Source: Pelagibacterales bacterium SAG-MED31 (GTDB lineage Bacteria; Pseudomonadota; Alphaproteobacteria; HIMB59; GCA-002718135). From it: 64,000 nt of DNA. The notes beneath the pieces were generated by a model that saw only the letters and a program-made list of their open reading frames with translations, made no database searches and was not told the DNA's origin. Position numbers and translations under genes: made by a program. The first letter of the stretch is position 1. Every line of letters begins with the position of its first letter. The stretch spans positions 84,798 through 148,797 of the forward strand of contig JACWEB010000001.1 in the NCBI GenBank assembly GCA_014653715.1. The letters run 5' to 3'. Below are positions 36,467 through 44,465 of this stretch, one piece after another.

Positions 36467-38455
36467 ATGAAGAAAAATAAAATATCAAATAAAATTATTT
36501 TTATTTCTCTAACTATCTTAACATTTCTTTTTTATTTGTATGGTAAAGAAATAGCAAACTACTTTGACAGTAAGTGGCTAATAAAATACCCAAAACACTA
36601 TTCTTTTCCTTTTGCAATTTATACTTCATCTTTTGTCAAATGGTTAATAAATGATGCTAGTTTTGGTTTATTTTCTTTTAATGATCTTACCCGTTTTTTT
36701 GCTTGGATTATTGAGCAACCCTATAACGTAGTCTTAGCTATTTTTTCTAAAGGAATTTTAAAAGGTCAAGGTCAAGACGCGATTCAAATAATGGAACCAT
36801 TAAGTTGGATTTCAGTTGTAGGTATTTTTTTTACACTTGCACTTTATACAAGGGATAAATTTTTAATTTTACTTGTAGTTCTCTCAATTGTTTATTTAGC
36901 TGTTTTTGATCAATGGCAAAGTTCAATGATTACACTATCATCAATTATTATAGCGGTGCCAATAGGGGTGGTTTTGGGAATATTATTTGGAATATTATCC
37001 TATAAGTCAAAAATTTTAGAACAAATAATAACCCCTATTTTAGATCTTATGCAAACAGTGCCTGTGTTTGCTTACTTAGTTCCCATATTAGTTATGTTTG
37101 GGTTTGGGCCAGTATCAGCATTAATTGCTACAATAATATATGCAATGCCTCCAATGGTGAGGACGACTCTTCTCGCATTAAACAACATTGATCCGCAACT
37201 AAAGGAAAGTGGAATAATGTCAGGTTGTACAGATAGACAATTAATGTGGAAGGTGCTTATCCCTGTGTCAAAACCTACTTTACTAATAGGGGTTAATCAA
37301 GTCATTATGCTATCACTTAATATGGTTATCATAGCTTCTATGATAGGTGCTGGAGGATTAGGTTATGATGTATTAGCCTCTCTTAGAAGATTAGATATTG
37401 GAGGAGGTATAGAATCAGGTATAGCTATTGTTGTTATTGCGATAGCTTTAGATCGCTTGAGTCAATCATTCGCAAATTTACCTACTCTCTCAAAAAAAAC
37501 ACAGGAAAAATTTTTTACTAAATATAAAAAAATAATTTTCCTAGTTTTTTATATAATTGGAATTTATATATTAGGAGCTTTTTTTAATTTTTTTAAATTA
37601 TTTCCTAAAGAGTTAATGATTGATACTTCATTATTTTGGGAAGAATTAGTTAAGTATATAAATATAAATTATTTTGATAATCTAGAGAGCTTTAAAATAA
37701 CTTTGTTAACTTTTTTCATGCTTCCAATAAAAAAATTCTTTTTAGGAATTCCATGGCCATGGTTTATTTTTATTATTACAATTATTGGATGGTATTTTGG
37801 AAAAATTAAATTAGCATTACTTTGTTTAATGATGTCAATTTTTATAGTGACAACTGGTCTTTGGGAAAAAGCAATGATTACACTTTATTTATGTGGTTCA
37901 AGTGTAATAATAGCATCGATTATAGGAATTCCTCTAGGGATATGGGCCGGTTTAAGCAGAAGAGCAAATAAAATATTAACTGCTTTTATTGATACTCTTC
38001 AAACTTTACCAAGTTTTGTTTACTTAATACCTGTTGTAATGCTTTTTCGTGTAGGTGACTTTACAGCAATGATTGCTGTTATACTTTATGCGCTAGCTCC
38101 TGCAGTCAGATATACCGCTCATGGAGTAAAAAATATAAATAATCAAATTGTTGAGGCAGCATTAATAAGTGGATGTTCTCAAAGACAGTTATTATTTAAA
38201 ATTAGATTGCCCTTAGCCTTGCCAGAAATTTTACTAGGTATTAACCAAACCATAATGCTTGCTTTATCTATGCTAGTTATTACTGCATTGGTTGGAACTA
38301 GAGACCTTGGACAAGAAGTATATATAGGTTTAACTAAAGCAGATATAGGAAGGGGCTTAGTTGCTGGATTATGTGTAGCTTTTATATCTATAATTGCAGA
38401 TAGAATAATTAAGGCTGGAAGCAATAATCTTAAAAATAAATATGGAATCAAATAA
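36467..38455 (+). CDS. Fused two-domain ProW-type ABC permease
   Basis: 662 aa with two permease modules, each carrying an EAA-like region (LKESGIMSGCTDRQ and VEAALISGCSQRQ). Confidence 0.75.
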   Translation: MKKNKISNKIIFISLTILTFLFYLYGKEIANYFDSKWLIKYPKHYSFPFAIYTSSFVKWLINDASFGLFSFNDLTRFFAWIIEQPYNVVLAIFSKGILKGQGQDAIQIMEPLSWISVVGIFFTLALYTRDKFLILLVVLSIVYLAVFDQWQSSMITLSSIIIAVPIGVVLGILFGILSYKSKILEQIITPILDLMQTVPVFAYLVPILVMFGFGPVSALIATIIYAMPPMVRTTLLALNNIDPQLKESGIMSGCTDRQLMWKVLIPVSKPTLLIGVNQVIMLSLNMVIIASMIGAGGLGYDVLASLRRLDIGGGIESGIAIVVIAIALDRLSQSFANLPTLSKKTQEKFFTKYKKIIFLVFYIIGIYILGAFFNFFKLFPKELMIDTSLFWEELVKYININYFDNLESFKITLLTFFMLPIKKFFLGIPWPWFIFIITIIGWYFGKIKLALLCLMMSIFIVTTGLWEKAMITLYLCGSSVIIASIIGIPLGIWAGLSRRANKILTAFIDTLQTLPSFVYLIPVVMLFRVGDFTAMIAVILYALAPAVRYTAHGVKNINNQIVEAALISGCSQRQLLFKIRLPLALPEILLGINQTIMLALSMLVITALVGTRDLGQEVYIGLTKADIGRGLVAGLCVAFISIIADRIIKAGSNNLKNKYGIK

Positions 38456-38467
38456 ATATTACTTTAT

Positions 38468-39580
38468 TTGATCAATATGGATAAAAAGTTATTAACACCT
38501 GGACCTCTTACTACTTCACTCAGCACTAAAGAAGCAATGCTTCATGATTGGGGATCACGAGATCAAAAATTTATAGATTTAAATCAATCTATTCGCGACT
38601 CTTTAATAAAATTAATTGATGGAGAAGATAATTATCAATGTGTACCTATGCAAGGCAGTGGAACATTTGCTGTAGAGTCCATGATAAGTTCACTCACACC
38701 TAAAAATGCTCAAATTTTAATTTTAATTAATGGCGCGTATGGACAAAGAATGAAGAAAATGTGCTCCTATTTAAACAGAAATACTATTGAATATGAGGTT
38801 CCTGAACATAAACCTCATGACATAAAAAAATTAGAAGAAATAATTGATGCTAATAAAAAACTAACCCATGTTTTTGCTGTTTACTGTGAAACTACATCAG
38901 GAATCCTAAATCCAATAAATGATATTGCTAAAATAGTTGCAAAAAAAAACTTATCTTTATTTATTGACGCAATGAGTGCATTTGGCGCACTTCCACTTAG
39001 TAGTAAAAATGTTACTTTTGATGCTGTTGCCGCCTCATCAAATAAATGCCTTGAGGGTGTTCCTGGTGTTGGATTTATTTTGATGAAAAATGAAGTGATT
39101 GAAAAGGCAAAAGGAAATTGTCATTCTTTAAGCTTAGATTTGTATGATCAATGGGCAACAATGGAAAAAAATAAACAATGGCGCTTTACACCTCCAACAC
39201 ATGTTTTAGCAGCATTCAATCAAGCAATTAAAGAACATGAAAAAGAAGGTGGAATTGAGGGTCGTAACAATAGGTATAAAAATAATTGTAAGATAATATG
39301 TGAGGGAATGAAAGAAATTGGCTTTGAACAACTTTTACCAGATGAGTTGCAAGCACCTATAATTATAACTTTTAAACAGCCAAATGATCCAAACTTTAAT
39401 TTTACAGCATTTTATAATGCTCTAAGTGATAAAGACTTTCTTATTTATCCAGGTAAATTAACCGTTGCAGATACCTTTCGTATTGGATGTATTGGTAATT
39501 TAAATGATCAAGATATGAGAGATACGCTTACGTCTGTTAAAGAGGTGGTCAGCGATTTAAACATAAATTTAAAAAATTAA
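38468..39580 (+). CDS. phnW: 2-aminoethylphosphonate--pyruvate transaminase PhnW
   Basis: Close block-by-block resemblance to Salmonella PhnW as I recall it: LLTPGPLTTS..KEAML, SSNKCLEGVPG (PLP Lys), SLSLDLYDQW, KQWRFTPPTH, FRIGCIGN. The track start is TTG 38468; ATG 38477 is an alternative. Confidence 0.9.
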   Translation: MINMDKKLLTPGPLTTSLSTKEAMLHDWGSRDQKFIDLNQSIRDSLIKLIDGEDNYQCVPMQGSGTFAVESMISSLTPKNAQILILINGAYGQRMKKMCSYLNRNTIEYEVPEHKPHDIKKLEEIIDANKKLTHVFAVYCETTSGILNPINDIAKIVAKKNLSLFIDAMSAFGALPLSSKNVTFDAVAASSNKCLEGVPGVGFILMKNEVIEKAKGNCHSLSLDLYDQWATMEKNKQWRFTPPTHVLAAFNQAIKEHEKEGGIEGRNNRYKNNCKIICEGMKEIGFEQLLPDELQAPIIITFKQPNDPNFNFTAFYNALSDKDFLIYPGKLTVADTFRIGCIGNLNDQDMRDTLTSVKEVVSDLNINLKN

Positions 39581-39590
39581 AGGTAAGCTT

Positions 39591-40229
39591 ATGAGTAATT
39601 CAGATGCCGTTGAAATTCCTTTAATTAAAGCAACTAATGAATCACTAAAAGGTTATGGATATTTAATTGACTCGTATGAAGGCAGTAACATTGAAATTGT
39701 AACTTGGCCTAAACAAGGATGGCGTGAGATTGATAAAGGCACAGGCAATGAAGGTGGGAGTACAGAAGGATCCTTTGATACCTGGTGGGAAGGTAGTACT
39801 TTATGGGGGCAAAATAATGCTGTTCAACATAATAATAATGATTATGAAGTAGATGGAAAATATATACTTGGGCATGCCTTGCCTCCTGAAAGTAACACAA
39901 CTTTAGAATATTCACTTCCAGAACATATTTATATATGGCATGTTAACTATCATCCTGATGGAGGACAACTTTTCTATCCCTCAATAAAAAGTGCTTTTAT
40001 CTCTCCTTTAGCTTTACCGGGTGATGATGTGCAAGTTGGAGATTTTAAAGCTTTTTATTTTGATGGTTCACAAGGATTATATATTCATCCTAACGTATGG
40101 CATGAAGGAGTCTTTCCAATTAAAGAAAAAAGTTCATTTCAAGGTCGCCAAGGGAAAGTACATGCAAGAGTAAGTATAGACTTACAAAAAGAATTTAAAA
40201 AATATATTTATTTTAAAACTAAACTTTAA
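39591..40229 (+). CDS. Ureidoglycolate-lyase (AllA)-like cupin-fold protein, function unknown here
   Basis: 212 aa. The blocks HVNYHPDGGQLFYP and GLYIHPNVWHEGVFP resemble AllA blocks (HP.GSQ.F.P and GV.H...). Sandwiched between phnW and the metallophosphoesterase with 10-16 nt spacers. Confidence 0.45.
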   Translation: MSNSDAVEIPLIKATNESLKGYGYLIDSYEGSNIEIVTWPKQGWREIDKGTGNEGGSTEGSFDTWWEGSTLWGQNNAVQHNNNDYEVDGKYILGHALPPESNTTLEYSLPEHIYIWHVNYHPDGGQLFYPSIKSAFISPLALPGDDVQVGDFKAFYFDGSQGLYIHPNVWHEGVFPIKEKSSFQGRQGKVHARVSIDLQKEFKKYIYFKTKL

Positions 40230-40245
40230 ATTTAATTTAATTAAA

Positions 40246-41079
40246 ATGAAAATTGCACATTTCTCAGATACACATATTCATTCACAAAAAATATTAGGTT
40301 ATAATCCAGTAGAACGATTTCACTTTGCACTTGAGCATTTAAAAAAAAATCATTCTGACTCAGATATGCTAATTATATCTGGCGATATTTCACATCATGG
40401 GGTTCTAGATTCATATAAAAAATTTGATGAAATTATAGAAAAAGTTAAACTACCTAAGCATCTTTACCCTAAACTGATATTAGGTAATCATGATAATCGT
40501 GAAATTTTTAAAAATTATTTTACCAATGTTCCTATTGATGAAAATGGATTTGTTCAATATGATATTGAAATTGAAGATAAAAGATTGATTTTTTTAGATA
40601 CGAATATTCCTAAATCACATCAAGGCAGGTTCTGTGAAAAAAGACAAGCCTGGCTTAGAAAAAAAATAGAAAAAAGTATTATAAAAAATCAAAAAGTTTT
40701 TATATTCATGCATCATAATCCATTTCCACTGGTAGAATTAGACAGTGATTACATTGGGTTATTAGATAGAGATCAATTTAAGTTGATAATTAATGAGTAC
40801 AAAAATATAATAAAGCATATTTTCTTTGGACACCAACACCTAACTGTCTCTGGTAATTATTTAGGAATTTCTTTTTCTTCTCCGAGAAGCATAAATCACC
40901 CACTTGTAACTAATTTCTCAAAAGATTATAGGTTAGGGTCAGCTGATACAGATCCTAATTACAATATTATTCTAATAAATAATGATTCTATTATTGTGCA
41001 CAATGAAGATTTTTTAAAAGTCAAAATTAATTGGTTTGAAACAACACAATCAGGATGGCTAGAAGAAAATGAAGATTAA
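40246..41079 (+). CDS. Calcineurin-like metallophosphoesterase (CpdA/GpdQ/PlcP-like)
   Basis: Motifs in canonical order: FSDTHIH (DxH), SGDISHHG (GDxxxxG), LGNHDN (GNHD/E), FMHHNP, FGHQH. Confidence 0.8.
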   Translation: MKIAHFSDTHIHSQKILGYNPVERFHFALEHLKKNHSDSDMLIISGDISHHGVLDSYKKFDEIIEKVKLPKHLYPKLILGNHDNREIFKNYFTNVPIDENGFVQYDIEIEDKRLIFLDTNIPKSHQGRFCEKRQAWLRKKIEKSIIKNQKVFIFMHHNPFPLVELDSDYIGLLDRDQFKLIINEYKNIIKHIFFGHQHLTVSGNYLGISFSSPRSINHPLVTNFSKDYRLGSADTDPNYNIILINNDSIIVHNEDFLKVKINWFETTQSGWLEENED

Positions 41080-42185
41080 CCTGTCCTTTGAATTACAAAA
41101 ATTTCATTATTAAAATATAATCCATTATTTTTATTTATAATGTCTGATACAATCTTTTGATATTTTTGTAACTTCTCTGCATCAAAAACTTTGGAATCAT
41201 CTATTTGATTTACATAAATTGCAACATTCCATGCTGAAAATATGACAGAGGTTGCTATACCTCCTCTAATTTCATTAGGAAGTGCACGCAACTTACATCG
41301 AATTATTTTTTTATCTAAAAATTTTAATTTTTTTAAATCTTCTAGAGATAAGTTTGACTTTAGATATCTAATAATTTCATAAGCAAGAGCAGGGTATGGA
41401 TTTTCTTTTGGCCAAATTTTTTTAATTATTTGATTAGTAGGATCTTTCCCAGCAGCATGAACGATAATTAATTTACCTTTAGGTGAAAGCGCCTTGATCA
41501 TTGGATTAATAACGTATTTTGCCTTTTTCTCTGCTGAAATTCTAGATCGATATGGTTGAGAGGCAATAATTAAATCGAATTTGTTAGTAGCCTTTGCTTT
41601 TGTTGGAATTATATCATTTAAAACAAACTCTTGATCACCTCGATAAATAACTAGAACTGAAGGAATTTTATATGTTGGATTTCCTGTTTTAGCCGCTCTT
41701 TCTATTTGCCAGTTTTTTTCTAAAAAAGGATTAAGGGTTCTTAGTTGGTTTGCAAAGTCAATAGACGAATTACCTTTTAATTTTATATGCTTCCAATTAA
41801 TTTTTTTTTGTTTTGTGGAATTTTTAGATCGTAGATCTGCTGCTTCTGCATAATGAAGATTTGAAATTATAAAAACTGTATTTTTATGTTCAACAAATCT
41901 ATCAGGCAATTTTTCTAAGCCCAATCGCACATCCTCCATGCTAATTTCTTTTGTCGAAACCAAAAGAGGAATGTTTGGATGTTCTTGATGTGATTGTCTC
42001 ATTACATTCATTAACAATGAACCATCACCCATTCCTGCATCAAATATTTTAAGAGCAGGTTTAGTTGGTTTAATTTTTTTTATATGTGGATGAATATTAT
42101 CTGCAATTACATTCTTTTCATTGGTAGTTGTGACAAATAATAAATACTTTTGTCTATTATCAAAAAATCTAAAATTTTTTTTCAT
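41076..42185 (-). CDS. Class I SAM-methyltransferase-like protein with large insertion, unknown function
   Basis: Motif I-like IFDAGMGDGSLL, later DLIIASQPY and LSPKGKLIIV. 369 aa. Abuts the Fe-ADH stop with zero spacer. Confidence 0.4.
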   Translation of the reverse strand: MKKNFRFFDNRQKYLLFVTTTNEKNVIADNIHPHIKKIKPTKPALKIFDAGMGDGSLLMNVMRQSHQEHPNIPLLVSTKEISMEDVRLGLEKLPDRFVEHKNTVFIISNLHYAEAADLRSKNSTKQKKINWKHIKLKGNSSIDFANQLRTLNPFLEKNWQIERAAKTGNPTYKIPSVLVIYRGDQEFVLNDIIPTKAKATNKFDLIIASQPYRSRISAEKKAKYVINPMIKALSPKGKLIIVHAAGKDPTNQIIKKIWPKENPYPALAYEIIRYLKSNLSLEDLKKLKFLDKKIIRCKLRALPNEIRGGIATSVIFSAWNVAIYVNQIDDSKVFDAEKLQKYQKIVSDIINKNNGLYFNNEIFVIQRTG

Positions 42186-43295
42186 TTAAAAAACTCTCAA
42201 TTCTTCACAAGCTTTATTAAACGCTTTTTTATTACCTAAAAAATTTTTTCCTCTTTCCCCTTCAAAAGCATCAGAAACAATAATATCCCAATCTTGTTTA
42301 GCAATTTTTAATTCATTTAAATTCAAGGGGATTTCTAAATTTCGAAGTTCTTCTAAAAGCATAATTGATGAGTTATCTAAATCATCATTCAAAATTTTTT
42401 CTAATCTTTCTTCAGCAACTTTATTTACCCCTTTCATACTGCGCATAACAAATGGAAGACTGAAAGAGCAGGCAATGCCATGCTGAATACCGTGCTGTAT
42501 TGTAATTGGATATGAAATATTATGTGCAATAGCTGTTTTAGTGTTTGAAAAAGCAAGACCTGCGTGAACACAAGCCATAGCTAAATTAGTTCTGAGCTCA
42601 AGGTTTTGTAGGTCACTCACTAATTTTGGTAAATTTTCTAAAATCATTTTTGCTCCAGCAATTCCATGCATAGCCGATATTGGATTTGCATTTATATTCC
42701 AAATACTTTCCATCGAGTGGGATAATGCATCTAAACCTGTTGAGATCGTCAATCCTTTTGGTTTATCTAACATGATTGAAGGATCGATAATCGCTATTTT
42801 GGGATATAAATCTTTATGTGCTAATGATAGTTTACTATCCATCTCCTTATCCCAAATTGTTGCCCAACATGTAAATTCACTGGATGTTCCTGATGTTGTT
42901 GGTATAGCAATAATATCAATTGGCTGCTCAACTTGAGGGGCTTGTTTATTTCTAACAAATTCAGTTAAGAGATTTTTATTATCTTTAAAAGAAGCTAATG
43001 CCTTTGCAGTATCGGTAACAGAGCCTCCTCCAATAGCAACTATACAATCAATTTCTTTCACTGCTGAAAATTTTTCAAGAAGCAATAAGATGTTATTATA
43101 GTCAGGATTAGGTTGTACTTCAGTAATAATCATTTGAGGTGGGTTATGAAAGCCAGACAAAACATCTGTGTATTTTTTAAAAATATCTTCAGGATGAGTT
43201 ACAATTACATATTTTTTATTATTTAATATTGAAGACAGCTCATTAAACTTATTTGCTCCAAAAACAATATCAACAGGATTATAATATTTCCACAT
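42186..43295 (-). CDS. Iron-containing (group III) alcohol dehydrogenase
   Basis: YYNPVDIVFG start, GGGSVTDTAKA NAD motif, and a His cluster (LSHSMES, AIAHNISY, HGIQHGIA) for metal binding. Confidence 0.8.
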   Translation of the reverse strand: MWKYYNPVDIVFGANKFNELSSILNNKKYVIVTHPEDIFKKYTDVLSGFHNPPQMIITEVQPNPDYNNILLLLEKFSAVKEIDCIVAIGGGSVTDTAKALASFKDNKNLLTEFVRNKQAPQVEQPIDIIAIPTTSGTSSEFTCWATIWDKEMDSKLSLAHKDLYPKIAIIDPSIMLDKPKGLTISTGLDALSHSMESIWNINANPISAMHGIAGAKMILENLPKLVSDLQNLELRTNLAMACVHAGLAFSNTKTAIAHNISYPITIQHGIQHGIACSFSLPFVMRSMKGVNKVAEERLEKILNDDLDNSSIMLLEELRNLEIPLNLNELKIAKQDWDIIVSDAFEGERGKNFLGNKKAFNKACEELRVF

Positions 43296-43307
43296 GCTAA
43301 AAAATAA

Positions 43308-44387
43308 TTAAATAGATTTTGCTGCCTTGGACATAATTGTCATTTTTTCTATAGCCTGCTCTCTTGTAAAAAAACCTAAACCACAATCTGGTGCTGCAAT
43401 CAATCTGTCTTCATCAATATGATTGAGAGCAAATATTATACGCTCTCTTACTTCTTCAATACTTTCCATTCTACTTTTGGCAATATCAACAATACCAAGT
43501 ATAATTTTAGTATTATTAAATTTTTCTAATAGGCTTAAATCATTATGACGATGCGCATCTTCTAATGATACTTCATCTAGAGATGATTGATCGATTAAAT
43601 CTGCAATCTTATCATATGCGTCTTTGTCTGCTTTTTTATATCCTTCTGAATCAAGAGAGTTTGGATAACCACAACAAATGTGACAAACACGTTGGACCTC
43701 ATCTGGAATACCATGCATCGTTCTTTCTAAATTTTCCATACCATACTCAATAGCCTCATCAGGCTTTCTTGCAAAAACAGGTTCATCAACTTGAATATAT
43801 TTACAGCCAGCCTCTACTAAAGCTAAAACTTCTTTATTCAAAGCTTGAGCGAAATCAAAACCCATCTTTTTAGGATCGTCATAATAATTATTTGCTATTG
43901 AGTCTGATATTGTCATAGGTCCTGGCAATGTTATTTTAAGGGGGTTATTAGTAAACTGTTGTGCGCTTTTCCAATCCTTATCTAATTGAATTTCTTTACT
44001 TGAAATAGGTCCAACTATCGTCGGTAAATCAGCTTCAAAAGCACCTTGCCTTACAGATTTATGAGTTACTTCTTCAAAACTTATCCCATTTAAAAAACGA
44101 CATTGATAAAGTACATAACTCTCTCGTCTAATTTCTCCATCAGTTGGGACATCTATACCTGCGTTAACTTGATCAGTGACTGCTTGCTGGATTGATTCTA
44201 AAAATAAATTTTCAACATTGTCGCCAGCTTTTTTAATTGATTTTTCATAAGCTCCGGGAGACCAATTGGCTAAAAGCCCCTTCGAAGCTTTTCTTTCTTC
44301 TTCTGATTTTGTGCTTAAAAACCAATCTTGAATTGGTGTTTCTTTTGGCTTTGGAAATGCTCCAATAGTAGTAGTTTTCAAAGTCAT
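43308..44387 (-). CDS. Core MetE-like (cobalamin-independent methionine synthase C-terminal domain family) Zn alkyltransferase
   Basis: TTIGAFPKP, VPTDGEIRR, ITLPGPMT, IQVDEP. Candidate Zn ligands are retained: CHICCGY (H-x-C), SLEDAH (E), APDCGLG (C). 359 aa, that is single-domain. Confidence 0.7.
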   Translation of the reverse strand: MTLKTTTIGAFPKPKETPIQDWFLSTKSEEERKASKGLLANWSPGAYEKSIKKAGDNVENLFLESIQQAVTDQVNAGIDVPTDGEIRRESYVLYQCRFLNGISFEEVTHKSVRQGAFEADLPTIVGPISSKEIQLDKDWKSAQQFTNNPLKITLPGPMTISDSIANNYYDDPKKMGFDFAQALNKEVLALVEAGCKYIQVDEPVFARKPDEAIEYGMENLERTMHGIPDEVQRVCHICCGYPNSLDSEGYKKADKDAYDKIADLIDQSSLDEVSLEDAHRHNDLSLLEKFNNTKIILGIVDIAKSRMESIEEVRERIIFALNHIDEDRLIAAPDCGLGFFTREQAIEKMTIMSKAAKSI

Positions 44388-44412
44388 TGATAATTCCTTT
44401 TGGTAAAAACAA

Positions 44413-44430
44413 CGGCCAGTATACTGGCCG
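44413..44430 (-). terminator. Hairpin terminator/attenuator after the Ugp-like binding-protein gene
   Basis: CGGCCAG-TATA-CTGGCCG forms a 7-bp GC stem. On the minus strand it is followed by TTGTTTTTAC. Only 25 nt remain before the MetE-like ATG. Confidence 0.7.
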
Positions 44431-44465
44431 CTGGAATAAAATTCTAATAAAAATGTAATATTAAA

